NCBI GenBank assembly: GCA_034717495.1
Contig: JAYELL010000025.1
Location: forward strand, 25,900 to 89,899
DNA: 64,000 nt
Direction: 5' to 3'
From: Chloroflexota bacterium
GTDB taxonomy: Bacteria; Chloroflexota; Anaerolineae; JAAEKA01
The translations under genes and the position numbers were made by a program. The notes under the pieces were generated by a model. It saw only the letters and a list, made by a program, of their open reading frames with translations, searched no databases and was not told the DNA's origin. Of the stretch, positions 47,373-56,654 are shown one piece after another (the stretch's first letter is position 1; every line of letters starts with the position of its first letter).

Positions 47373-49109
47373 ATGGATATTGGCGCAATAGGTTGGTGGC
47401 ATCACGATAACCACGGTGACTGGGCGATGCTGAATGCCCTGACGCACGCTATGAAGCCACATCGCATCGTGCCGATTGATACCGGCTTTGAGGTCAATGA
47501 GGACACGCTCTATCGTCTAAATCGGCTTGATTTTCTTATCCTTGGCGGTGGCACGTTGATGCGCGAGAGGCCTGTCGAACCCTTTGACCGATTCGATAGT
47601 TGGGGCGAATATCTTACAACTCCTATTGGCATTGCGGGGATGGGTGTCGAGACCGTGGCCCCTAACTATGCAGACGCGATGGGAGCATTGTTGGACAAAA
47701 GTGAGTTCTTCTACGTCCGGGATCAGACCAGCCTGGCGTTGCTGGATCATCCCAAAGCCCGTTATGCTCCCGATCTCACATTTTCTCAGCCGTTGCCAAT
47801 TGCCGGGGCCAGGTCCGTGGTCGAAGGACGATCACCTCTTTGCGGTGTCAATCTTCGTCGGCTTCCCGGGGATGTTTTGACGAACTGGATCGATGTTCTT
47901 CAACAATTGCCGGTGGAGTTTCGGGGCATTTCGCTCTCTTCCCATCCCGAGTTCTCTGAGGGCGGGTTGTTGCGACAACTGGATCCTCAGTATCCGGATG
48001 GCTTTGACCCGCGCTCTTATGCCGATCTTAACCTGATGATTGGCACCGCCTTTCATTCGGTGGTCTACGCCATTCAATCGGCGATCCCCGTGATCGCGAT
48101 CGCCTATGCGCCAAAGGTCCGACGGTTGATGACTGATATCGGTCTCGGCGACTTCGTGCTTGAGCCAACGGAGTGGGACCTCCTGCCCGGGCTGGTACAG
48201 ACGGCCATCGAGAGGCAAGAGGAAATGGCCGAGCGGTTGAGGGAGACCACGACTGAGTTGACTCGGGCCGCCAACGCCAACGCAACAGCGATCAAAGAAC
48301 ATATCGAGGCCGTCGCCCAACCACATGAACGGCTTGGTCCCAGGGTCAGCATCGCCGTTCTGGTAACGGGCAGTGATGAAGAAACCAGGCGAACGATCCA
48401 ATCCTGTTTGGACCAGACCCATGAGAATGTAGAAGTGGTCGTTGTAGCCAATCAAGCTGGTGAGCCAGAGCTCGGAACGGAACATTCTGACCAGATCCGT
48501 ATCATTCGAATGGAACGCGAGTCAGAGGCGGGCGATCTTCTGCAAGCCGGGTTGCTAGAAGCTGACGGTTGCTATGTGACCTGGATCCGCTCCGGGGATC
48601 GTTTCACGCGGGATGCTATTGACTGCATGGTCAGCTGGCTGGAAGCCGATAGCATGTGCGATATGGTCTATTCGGATTATTTCGTGACCGGTGGTCATGA
48701 TCGCATCTTGGATTGGCAAGTAGTACACCCTGCCTACAAACTCTTTCGGCGCAACGTGGTTGGACCCTGTTTCCTGCTGCGGACATCACTTATGTCGGAC
48801 CTTGGCATGCACCATGCTACCTCGCTCTTGCCCGACTATGACTACTGGTTGCGTGCCCAGAACGAGGGTGAGCTCGAACCCCGGCATACCAGGCTCTTTT
48901 ACCGTCACATTTCCAATGGCGCCATCGATGATCCGGTCGAGGAACAGCAGGTGCGACGGGAGTGGATTGCCGGTTTGCCGCTATCGCGTCAAGTAGTGTG
49001 GCGGGTCCGGGATAACAATTTTATCAACCAACAGGTGATTCCCTGGTCGATGGCAGCTGCTCGCAACGTGGCAGGAACACTCAAGCAAAGCCGCAGGGAC
49101 CAGGACTAA
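47373..49109 (+). CDS. fusion protein: polysaccharide pyruvyl transferase (CsaB/WcaK-like) + GT2-like domain
   Basis: N-terminal IGAIGWWHHDNHGDWAMLNAL...ILGGGTL (PS_pyruv_trans); C-terminal VSIAVLVTGSDEE...VEVVVV, DYDYW (GT2-like). Confidence 0.65.
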   Translation: MDIGAIGWWHHDNHGDWAMLNALTHAMKPHRIVPIDTGFEVNEDTLYRLNRLDFLILGGGTLMRERPVEPFDRFDSWGEYLTTPIGIAGMGVETVAPNYADAMGALLDKSEFFYVRDQTSLALLDHPKARYAPDLTFSQPLPIAGARSVVEGRSPLCGVNLRRLPGDVLTNWIDVLQQLPVEFRGISLSSHPEFSEGGLLRQLDPQYPDGFDPRSYADLNLMIGTAFHSVVYAIQSAIPVIAIAYAPKVRRLMTDIGLGDFVLEPTEWDLLPGLVQTAIERQEEMAERLRETTTELTRAANANATAIKEHIEAVAQPHERLGPRVSIAVLVTGSDEETRRTIQSCLDQTHENVEVVVVANQAGEPELGTEHSDQIRIIRMERESEAGDLLQAGLLEADGCYVTWIRSGDRFTRDAIDCMVSWLEADSMCDMVYSDYFVTGGHDRILDWQVVHPAYKLFRRNVVGPCFLLRTSLMSDLGMHHATSLLPDYDYWLRAQNEGELEPRHTRLFYRHISNGAIDDPVEEQQVRREWIAGLPLSRQVVWRVRDNNFINQQVIPWSMAAARNVAGTLKQSRRDQD

Positions 49110-49120
49110 GAAGATGAGTC

Positions 49121-50320
49121 ATGCTCACAGTTAGCGCCATCGTGGTGACCTTCAATCGAGCAGACTATCTTCCCGAGGCGCTTGACAGCATTTTCTCGCA
49201 GGAGATGCCGCCGCTGGAAGTCATTGTCGTCGACGACGGATCCGTTGACGATACGAAGGAAGTCGTTGGCAGCTATGGCGACCGGATTCTGTATGTATGG
49301 CAGGAGAACCAGGGTGTATCCGCTGCGCGGAATCGGGGTCTTTCTGTTGCTCAAGGCGACTTGATCGCCTGGCTTGACTCGGATGATGCCTGGCAGCCTG
49401 CGTTCCTGTCGACCCTTGTGCAGCGCATCGAGCGTGATCCAGGTGTCGATGGCGCCTACAGCGGGAGAGTTTATATCGACAGCGAAGGAAAGGCACTTTC
49501 CCAATCGGTGCGAGTGGAACCGGACGAAGCGTTATATGCCAGTTTGATTGAGGATAACTTCCTCACGACTTCCTCGCTTATCGTTAAACGAAGCTGTTAT
49601 GAATCGGCCGGTCCATTTGACCGTCAGTTCCGTATCGGTGAGGATTACGATATGTGGCTTCGTTTCGCCCGGCGACACAGGATTGTTGGCATGCCGGAAC
49701 CTCTGGTAAGATACAGGGTGCACAGTGGCAATACCGTGGCGGATGCCGACAAATATAAATACTACCGGCTTGCGTTGACCGGGAAGCAGTTTGGTGAACT
49801 GGGCAGTGACCGCGATCAATGGACCGAAGAAGCACGACTTGCCCACGGATTTTCCTTTCGATCCGTTGCCTTCAACTACTTCCAGGCAGGTCAGATGGAC
49901 GAAGGGTGGTACTACCTGCAGCAGGCGATATCGATATATCCGGATATTCTGGAGCGCCTTGACACCTACTACGAAGTGCTCTGCGGAGATCAGCCCTTGG
50001 GTCTGCGAGGCCAGGCGCAATTGTTGGATATCGATGCCAATAGTGCAGATTTGCTAAGACGGTTGGATGCCCTGTTTTACGAAGGTGGCAATACTCTGCA
50101 GCCGCGACGGCCCGCCGCTTACGGCAACGCTTACCTCGCCATGGCCATGCTGAATGATCAGGCTGGCAATTGGTCGCAGGCCCGGCGTTGCATCGCCCGA
50201 GCGATTCGGCACTATCCCGCTTTGCTTGGCCAGCAAGGTGTGTTGCGGCGTTTCGTCAAGTTGTCGGTGGGCCAGTCAGGAGCAGAACTGGGAAGATCGT
50301 TTTTGGATCGGTCGCCCTGA
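49121..50320 (+). CDS. GT2 glycosyltransferase with C-terminal helical/TPR-like domain
   Basis: VSAIVVTFNRADYL, VIVVDDGSVDDT, DSDD motifs. Confidence 0.8.
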   Translation: MLTVSAIVVTFNRADYLPEALDSIFSQEMPPLEVIVVDDGSVDDTKEVVGSYGDRILYVWQENQGVSAARNRGLSVAQGDLIAWLDSDDAWQPAFLSTLVQRIERDPGVDGAYSGRVYIDSEGKALSQSVRVEPDEALYASLIEDNFLTTSSLIVKRSCYESAGPFDRQFRIGEDYDMWLRFARRHRIVGMPEPLVRYRVHSGNTVADADKYKYYRLALTGKQFGELGSDRDQWTEEARLAHGFSFRSVAFNYFQAGQMDEGWYYLQQAISIYPDILERLDTYYEVLCGDQPLGLRGQAQLLDIDANSADLLRRLDALFYEGGNTLQPRRPAAYGNAYLAMAMLNDQAGNWSQARRCIARAIRHYPALLGQQGVLRRFVKLSVGQSGAELGRSFLDRSP

Positions 50321-50359
50321 CGATTGAGTTCGTTGCTGTTGTCGATTGAGAAGAAATCA

Positions 50360-51613
50360 ATGCGTTTCCTTTTCTTATCCAATTTATATCCGCCGGCCCA
50401 TTTGGGAGGCTGGGAGTTGATGTGTCGCGACATTGCGGGCGCGTTCATTGACCGCGGTCACCAGGTGGAGGTTTTGACGAGTCGCTTCCAAAAGGAAATG
50501 ATTGAGCAGGATGATCCCAATATCCATCGGGAACTGTATCTGGAAAGCGATGTCCACCATTACAATCCAGTTGACTATTTCCTGCAATCGCAACGGAACG
50601 ACGAACGAAACTTCGAGACGCTAACCCGGAATATTCAGGACTTCCAGCCCGATGCTGTGGTGGTGTGGGGCATGTGGCTGCTGAATCCGCAGTTGGCTGC
50701 GCTGGCGGAAAAGCTATGTCCCGGCCGGGTTGCCTATTATTTCTGCGGCTATTGGCCCATCGAAGAGGACCCGCACAGCCAGTACTGGCGCGCCTTCGTT
50801 GATAACAAGCGGTTGCCGGGATGGCTCAGTCAACGAATCAGCCGGCAGGCGTTGGCACGGCAGGAGAACCGCTCGAAAGATCAACTCGAATTCCGACATG
50901 TGACATGCGTGAGCCAGGCGGTACTGGACATACTGAGAGAAGGTGGTATCCCCTTACCGAATGCAACTGTAACCTACAATGGCATCGATCTGGATGAGTT
51001 CTATGCGCCCCTGGACCAAAAGGGATTCCACACCCCATTGCGCTTGATGTATGCGGGCAGCCTGGGTGCCAACAAGGGTGTGGATACAGCGGTACAGGCG
51101 GTTGCGCTGCTTTCCAAGAAGTTCAGCCCGGGAGATGTTCACCTGACTCTTGTTGGGAAAGGGCATCCCGCCTTCGAGGATCAGTTGCACCAGATTATCG
51201 GGGATGCCGGGATTGAGCAGTTTGTGACGATGACCGGCTGGATCGATCGCGTTGAGATGCCGCAAGTTTTGCACCAGCACGACGTACTGCTGTTTCCTTC
51301 CAGATGGCCTGAACCATTGGCGCGCATGATGATGGAGGGCATGGCGGCCGGCTTAACCCTGGTGAGCACCACCACCGGTGGCACTGCGGAGTTCCTTGAA
51401 CATCGTCAAAACAGCCTGACATTTGAAGCTGGCGATGCAGTGGATCTGGCTCATCAGATTGACTGCCTGCTTTCCGAGCCCGGCCTGGCAAGGCGATTGG
51501 CGAAGGCTGGCCAGGAATTAGCCCTTGAGCAGTTTGACGAGAATCGCATGTACGACGAAATCGAAGAATTCGCTGTGCAGGCCGCGCAGCAGACCTCTTC
51601 GGTCTCGCCATAG
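50360..51613 (+). CDS. GT4 (GT-B) glycosyltransferase
   Basis: MRFLFLSNLYPPAHLGGWE N-terminus; C-terminal EPLARMMMEGMAAGLTLVSTTTGG (E-x7-E region). Confidence 0.8.
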   Translation: MRFLFLSNLYPPAHLGGWELMCRDIAGAFIDRGHQVEVLTSRFQKEMIEQDDPNIHRELYLESDVHHYNPVDYFLQSQRNDERNFETLTRNIQDFQPDAVVVWGMWLLNPQLAALAEKLCPGRVAYYFCGYWPIEEDPHSQYWRAFVDNKRLPGWLSQRISRQALARQENRSKDQLEFRHVTCVSQAVLDILREGGIPLPNATVTYNGIDLDEFYAPLDQKGFHTPLRLMYAGSLGANKGVDTAVQAVALLSKKFSPGDVHLTLVGKGHPAFEDQLHQIIGDAGIEQFVTMTGWIDRVEMPQVLHQHDVLLFPSRWPEPLARMMMEGMAAGLTLVSTTTGGTAEFLEHRQNSLTFEAGDAVDLAHQIDCLLSEPGLARRLAKAGQELALEQFDENRMYDEIEEFAVQAAQQTSSVSP

Positions 51614-51641
51614 AGACCTGGTCAGGAGGCCACCGGAAGTC

Positions 51642-52895
51642 GTGCGTATCCTTTTCCTGAGCAATTACTATCCACCCCTGGAAGTGGGCGGATATGAGCA
51701 GTTGTGCCGGGATGTCGCTGAACGCCTTGCCGGGCGTGGCCATACAATTGCGGTTTTGACGTCGACTTACGGCCTGGGAAAAGAGCCGGTCGGACAGGAT
51801 GTGGATTACGATGTGCATCGGTTGCTGAGGTTACAGCCCGATTTCGACCGCCGGCTTGGTGCCACGCTGCAGTTCTTTTTGACGCGTCAACCGGATGAAC
51901 AATACGACCTGGCATGCTTCAGGAAGGTTATTGCCGAATTCGATCCCGTTGTGATCTCGATCTGGAACATGCAAAGGTTGCCCCGGTCCCTGGCGCTGGA
52001 GGCGGAGGCACTCCCGGATACAGGCGTGGCCTATTGGGTGGCCAGTTCTACCCCGGCCGAACCCGACGAGTTCTGGCGGTATTGGGACCTGGTTCCCCCC
52101 AACCCGTGGAAGGCCCGCTTCAAAGGGTTGTTTAGCGATCGGGCCTTGCGCACTATGCAAGCCGAAGGCCATCCCCTGCAGCCCGAGATGAAACACGTGG
52201 GCGTTGTCAGTAATTTCATGCGCGAGAGAGGAATCGACGACGGAACATTGCCTTCCTGGACGAAGGTCATCTATAACGGCGTGGAGATCGATTCCTTTTT
52301 TCAACCAGTGCAGCCGTTAGGCGAGGGGCCAATGTGTTTCCTGCAGGCCGGCCGTGTCAGTGATGACAAAGGTGTGCATACAGCCATTGAGGCGGTCGGA
52401 TTGGCGGTTCAGAAATCGGGCCTCGGAAACGTCCGCCTTGTTATTGCAGGATCTGGTCCGGCGGATTACCGGCAGCGACTGGACGAGTTGGTAAAGCGGT
52501 ACCAGATAGAGGAACAAGTCGTTTTCACTGGCTGGTTGCCGCGGGAACAGATGCCGGCGCTTATGGCTGAAAGCCATGTGCTGCTGTTGCCGACTACTCA
52601 TCAGGAGCCCTTTGCCCGGGTAGTCCTGGAAGCAATGGCCAGCGGGCTGGCTGTTGTCGCCACGCCTACTGGCGGAACCGAAGAGATCGTCCAGCATGGC
52701 AAAACGGGCCTGCTGTTTCCGGTCGGTGACAGCAAAAAACTCACTGACCAAATTGGAGGCCTGGTTGAAAACGACGATTTCAGAATTCAACTGGCTGAAG
52801 CAGGCCAACATCTGGTCGCTCAGCGGTATAGCCTGGAGCATATGGTCGACGAGATCGAGAATCTGCTGAATCTGGCGACCAGTGACGGATCATAA
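51642..52895 (+). CDS. GT4 (GT-B) glycosyltransferase
   Basis: GTG start after AGGAGG; VRILFLSNYYPPLEVGGYE; EPFARVVLEAMASGLAVVATPTGG. Confidence 0.8.
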   Translation: MRILFLSNYYPPLEVGGYEQLCRDVAERLAGRGHTIAVLTSTYGLGKEPVGQDVDYDVHRLLRLQPDFDRRLGATLQFFLTRQPDEQYDLACFRKVIAEFDPVVISIWNMQRLPRSLALEAEALPDTGVAYWVASSTPAEPDEFWRYWDLVPPNPWKARFKGLFSDRALRTMQAEGHPLQPEMKHVGVVSNFMRERGIDDGTLPSWTKVIYNGVEIDSFFQPVQPLGEGPMCFLQAGRVSDDKGVHTAIEAVGLAVQKSGLGNVRLVIAGSGPADYRQRLDELVKRYQIEEQVVFTGWLPREQMPALMAESHVLLLPTTHQEPFARVVLEAMASGLAVVATPTGGTEEIVQHGKTGLLFPVGDSKKLTDQIGGLVENDDFRIQLAEAGQHLVAQRYSLEHMVDEIENLLNLATSDGS

Positions 52896-52976
52896 TGTCA
52901 CCATGTCAATATGTCAAAATGATATCTTGGCATCATGACATTGTAGCATCATGACATTGTGACATTCTTGCAACTC
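52893..52976. repeat. array of direct repeats (gcatcatgacattgt x2) and 6 TGTCA/TGACA half-sites in intergenic region
   Basis: cataatgtcaccatgtcaatatgtcaaaatga...gcatcatgacattgtagcatcatgacattgtgacattc read directly. Confidence 0.6.
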
Positions 52977-54197
52977 ATGCGCATCTTATTCCTGGCAACG
53001 TGGTTCCCGTTCCCACCTGATAATGGCTCAAAAATCAGGGACTTCAACCTGTTAAGAGAATTAGGAAGGACTCACGATGTGACATTGGTGGCCTTCGCTT
53101 TTGACACCGCCACTCCCGATCGAGCAGAGCCATTGAATGAGTTTTGCACACAGATTGAGGTGGTCCCGATCGATCCGTTCGATCGGGGAGAGCAGGCTGA
53201 AATTTTCAGGTTTTTGTCCCCCGCGCCCATTGTCGATAAACCGGTGCCCGAGATGGAAGCGCTGGTGGAAAAAATCCTCCGGGACAACACCTTTGATGCT
53301 GTAATTGCGTCTACAACAGTGATGGCAACCTATGCCCTCCAGGCCAGGAATGCCTGCAAGATTCTACAGGAGCACAATTTTCACACCATCTGGACATTGG
53401 ACCGGTACCAAAATGAAACAACTTTGCCTGGCAAAATGCAGGCCTGGGTGAGTCTGCAAAAACGGCGCCGCTATGACGACAAGCTGTTCTCCCAGTTTGA
53501 TCTCTGTGCCATGGTATCGGAGAGGGATCGGGATGCCACGCTCAGGATGTTGCCTCGCTTCGACGGTCCTGTGGCCGTGGTTCCCAATGGTGTAGATTGT
53601 CAGCACAATCATCCCGGGCTGGCCGGGGTGGTACCCGATAGCCTGATTTACAACGGAGCTCTCACCTATTACACCAATCATGATGCCATGGCTTTCTTTC
53701 TCTCGGAAGTCTTCCCCCTGGTGCGCCAACAGGTGCCACAGGCACAGGTGACCATCACGGGATCGACCAAGGGTGTTGATGTTGACTCCCTGCCATTGGG
53801 CGGCGGCGTCCATCTCAGCGGGTATGTCGACGATATTCGGCCATTGGTAGCGGCAGCCAGGGTCTGTATTGTGCCCTTGCGGCTAGGTGGTGGATCCAGG
53901 CTGAAGGTGTTGGAAGCGATGGCACTTGGAACGCCAGTGGTAGCCACAAAAAAGGGTGCAGAAGGCCTGGACGTCGTGGACGGCAAGCATATCCTGGTGG
54001 CCGACAGTCCGTTGGAATTCGCGTCGGCCACCATCAGGTTGCTGCAAGAGGACGCGTTGAGAGATGAATTGTCCGCCAACGCACGCCAGCTGGTCGAGCA
54101 GCAGTATGACTGGTCCAGGATAGGGCAGCAATTCGTATCGTTGGTTGAACAGACTACTCGCGAGTGCCAGGACCCTGAGCGGGACAAGTTAGTATGA
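52977..54197 (+). CDS. GT4 (GT-B) glycosyltransferase
   Basis: MRILFLATWFPFPPDNGSKIR; ...GGGSRLKVLEAMALGTPVVATKKG. Confidence 0.8.
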   Translation: MRILFLATWFPFPPDNGSKIRDFNLLRELGRTHDVTLVAFAFDTATPDRAEPLNEFCTQIEVVPIDPFDRGEQAEIFRFLSPAPIVDKPVPEMEALVEKILRDNTFDAVIASTTVMATYALQARNACKILQEHNFHTIWTLDRYQNETTLPGKMQAWVSLQKRRRYDDKLFSQFDLCAMVSERDRDATLRMLPRFDGPVAVVPNGVDCQHNHPGLAGVVPDSLIYNGALTYYTNHDAMAFFLSEVFPLVRQQVPQAQVTITGSTKGVDVDSLPLGGGVHLSGYVDDIRPLVAAARVCIVPLRLGGGSRLKVLEAMALGTPVVATKKGAEGLDVVDGKHILVADSPLEFASATIRLLQEDALRDELSANARQLVEQQYDWSRIGQQFVSLVEQTTRECQDPERDKLV

Positions 54198-55627
54198 ATC
54201 TATCCAACCGTGACGTGCGGCAATTTACAGCCAATCGAAACTTGCTGATCATCATGGTAATCGTCGGCGTATTGGCGTCCGCCTGGTTCCTGGGTCAGCG
54301 AGCGTCAATACTATGGCTTGGGCTGTTGGTCGTTGGAATCGGCGCGACCCTTGTGTTGAAGCAGCCATTGATCGGCCTGCTGGCCCTGGTGGTCATAGCT
54401 CTTGTGGGACCCATAAAAATCAACACAGGGACGACCGTACAGATAAACCCAACTACTTTGGTTATCCCTGCTCTCCTGGTTTTGTGGGTCCTGGTAATGA
54501 TCCTGCAAAAGGATGTCCGATTGGTCCCTTCGGCGGTTAACAAGCCGCTGATAGCTTTCGTAATTGCCGGTCTGATCTCATTATTGGTGGGAAGTGTTCT
54601 GTGGAATCCGCTGGTACCCCGCTCGGGTAACTTTCTATTGGTGCAGATGGCCCAGTGGGCGATCTTCGCTTTCTCGGCCGGAGCGTTTCTGTTGACTGCG
54701 AATCTGGTGAAGGACGAGTTGTGGCTCCAGCGTCTGACCTTTGCTTTTCTGGTAGTGAGCGGCGGCCTGGCCATTCTCAGTCTCATTCCGGTCACACGAA
54801 GTCTGGTCTATGACATTTCGACGATTGCATTCATTCGGGCCCCTTTCTGGATGTTGATCGCCGCTTTGGCCGGTGGACAACTTCTTTTCAATGGCAAGCT
54901 GTCCGCTGGATGGCGCATTTTTCTGATAGTCTCACTGCTTGCGGTGGTAAATTATGCGTTCTTTCTGTCGCGCGACTCGGCATCGACCTGGGGCGGCGTG
55001 GGAACCGCCTTTGCAGTGCTGATTTGGTTTCGTTTTCCGCGTGTGCGCTGGCTCCTGGTGCTCTTTGTACTTGCCCTGGCAGCCACCGGCGCTCTTTTCC
55101 CTGCCCTATGGGATTTTGCCGGTGGGGATACAGAGTGGAAAACCACAGGCGGCTCGCGGATTGCATTGATCGAGCGGGTGATGCAAGTGTCAATGTTCAA
55201 TCCAGTTACAGGTTTGGGACCTGCCGCGTATCGCAAATATGCCGCAATGGAGCCGCTGAAATACGGTAACGCCTTCTGGGTGGCGCCTCAGGTGAACTCT
55301 CACAACAACTTTGTCGATCTCTTTTCCCATGTTGGCATCGTTGGCCTGGTACTTTTTGCCTGGTTTGTTTGGGAGATGAGCAAAATCGGTGGTAAGCTGC
55401 GCAGCTGTTACCTGGAGGGTTTTTCGGCAGGCTACGTAAATGGCACGCTGGCGGCCGGTGTTGGGGCACTGGTTTTGATGATGTTCGCGGACTGGATTCT
55501 GCCGTTCGTCTACAATATAGGGTTTCATGGTTTTCAGGCGAGTGTCCTTGTCTGGCTGTTCCTGGGAGGGCTGGTGGCTCTTGAGCAAATGATGCCGGCG
55601 CCTGAAGCTTGCCCGCCGGGGGCATAG
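54194..55627 (+). CDS. Wzy_C-family membrane protein (O-antigen polymerase/ligase-like)
   Basis: ~12 TM, central large loop; start overlaps preceding stop. Confidence 0.6.
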   Translation: MNLSNRDVRQFTANRNLLIIMVIVGVLASAWFLGQRASILWLGLLVVGIGATLVLKQPLIGLLALVVIALVGPIKINTGTTVQINPTTLVIPALLVLWVLVMILQKDVRLVPSAVNKPLIAFVIAGLISLLVGSVLWNPLVPRSGNFLLVQMAQWAIFAFSAGAFLLTANLVKDELWLQRLTFAFLVVSGGLAILSLIPVTRSLVYDISTIAFIRAPFWMLIAALAGGQLLFNGKLSAGWRIFLIVSLLAVVNYAFFLSRDSASTWGGVGTAFAVLIWFRFPRVRWLLVLFVLALAATGALFPALWDFAGGDTEWKTTGGSRIALIERVMQVSMFNPVTGLGPAAYRKYAAMEPLKYGNAFWVAPQVNSHNNFVDLFSHVGIVGLVLFAWFVWEMSKIGGKLRSCYLEGFSAGYVNGTLAAGVGALVLMMFADWILPFVYNIGFHGFQASVLVWLFLGGLVALEQMMPAPEACPPGA

Positions 55628-55676
55628 GTTTGGTTTGCGATTTCCACTGTCTGCATGACACGTCCGTTGGTCGTGT

Positions 55677-56648
55677 TTGCCGCAAGGATTCTCCCTGGTG
55701 ACCTCAAAAAAAGATCTTTCTGTCATCATTGTGAACTGGAATACCTGTGATTTTCTGGCTCAGTGTCTGGAATCAGTACCTGGCGGCCAGCTGTCAGAAA
55801 CCGGGTTGGGCCAGCATGTTGAGGTTGGTACCCGTAACCTCGATATTGAGGTCATCGTCGTTGACAATGCTTCCAGTGATGGCAGCGCGGAGATGGTGCG
55901 CCGGAGGTTTCCACAGGTTAAGCTGATTGAAAACAGCCGGAACATCGGATTCGCCATGGCCAACAACCAGGCTATCGCTTATAGCAGAGGGCGTTATGTT
56001 CTCCTGCTGAACAGCGATACGGTGGTGCATTCGGGCGCGTTGCAGCGAATGGTCGCTTTCATGGAAGATCATTCCAGGGCTGGGGCAGTCGGTCCTCGAT
56101 TGCTGAACGAAGATGGAACGCTTCAACCCTCGGTACACCCGATGATGACGCCGGCGCGGGAGTTCTGGCGTTTGATCTTTCTGGAGAAACTCTGGCCCCT
56201 TGCACGCTATCAACAGGAGCAGTGGGATACAGAAACGCCTCGTCTCGTCGATGTCATAAAGGGCGCCTGCTTGATGGTGCGTCGCCGTGCCCTGGAGCAA
56301 ACCGGCCTGTTGGATGACCGGTACTTTATGTATACTGAGGAAGTTGACCTTTGTTATCGACTGGCACGCGATGGCTGGAATCTTTGTTACGTGCCGGCAG
56401 CAGTGGTAACCCATTTCGGTGAGGCCAGTAGCCGTCAGATGGCCGAGGATATGTATATTCAACTCTATCGCAGCAAACTTCAGTTTTTCCGCAAATTCGG
56501 TGGAGCTGGCCGAGCGCGCCGGTTCAAGGTCCTCGTGAGCCTTGCCTATGCACCGCGAGCCATGGTGGCGACAACCAGTGGCCTGATAAGCGAGCCATGG
56601 CGCACCCGTGGCAAAACATACCGTCGATTGCTTCGAGAACTTGATTGA
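55677..56648 (+). CDS. GT2 glycosyltransferase (rhamnosyltransferase-like)
   Basis: SVIIVNWNT, VIVVDNASSDGS, NSDTVV motifs. Confidence 0.8.
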   Translation: MPQGFSLVTSKKDLSVIIVNWNTCDFLAQCLESVPGGQLSETGLGQHVEVGTRNLDIEVIVVDNASSDGSAEMVRRRFPQVKLIENSRNIGFAMANNQAIAYSRGRYVLLLNSDTVVHSGALQRMVAFMEDHSRAGAVGPRLLNEDGTLQPSVHPMMTPAREFWRLIFLEKLWPLARYQQEQWDTETPRLVDVIKGACLMVRRRALEQTGLLDDRYFMYTEEVDLCYRLARDGWNLCYVPAAVVTHFGEASSRQMAEDMYIQLYRSKLQFFRKFGGAGRARRFKVLVSLAYAPRAMVATTSGLISEPWRTRGKTYRRLLRELD

Positions 56649-56654
56649 TCCTTT

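Noticed and set aside
51525-51641. Upstream extension of the second GT4 ORF overlapping the first GT4 3' end
   Set aside because: A GTG start with AGGAGG at 51642 right after the upstream stop gives a canonical GT4 N-terminus. The extension is a frame artefact.
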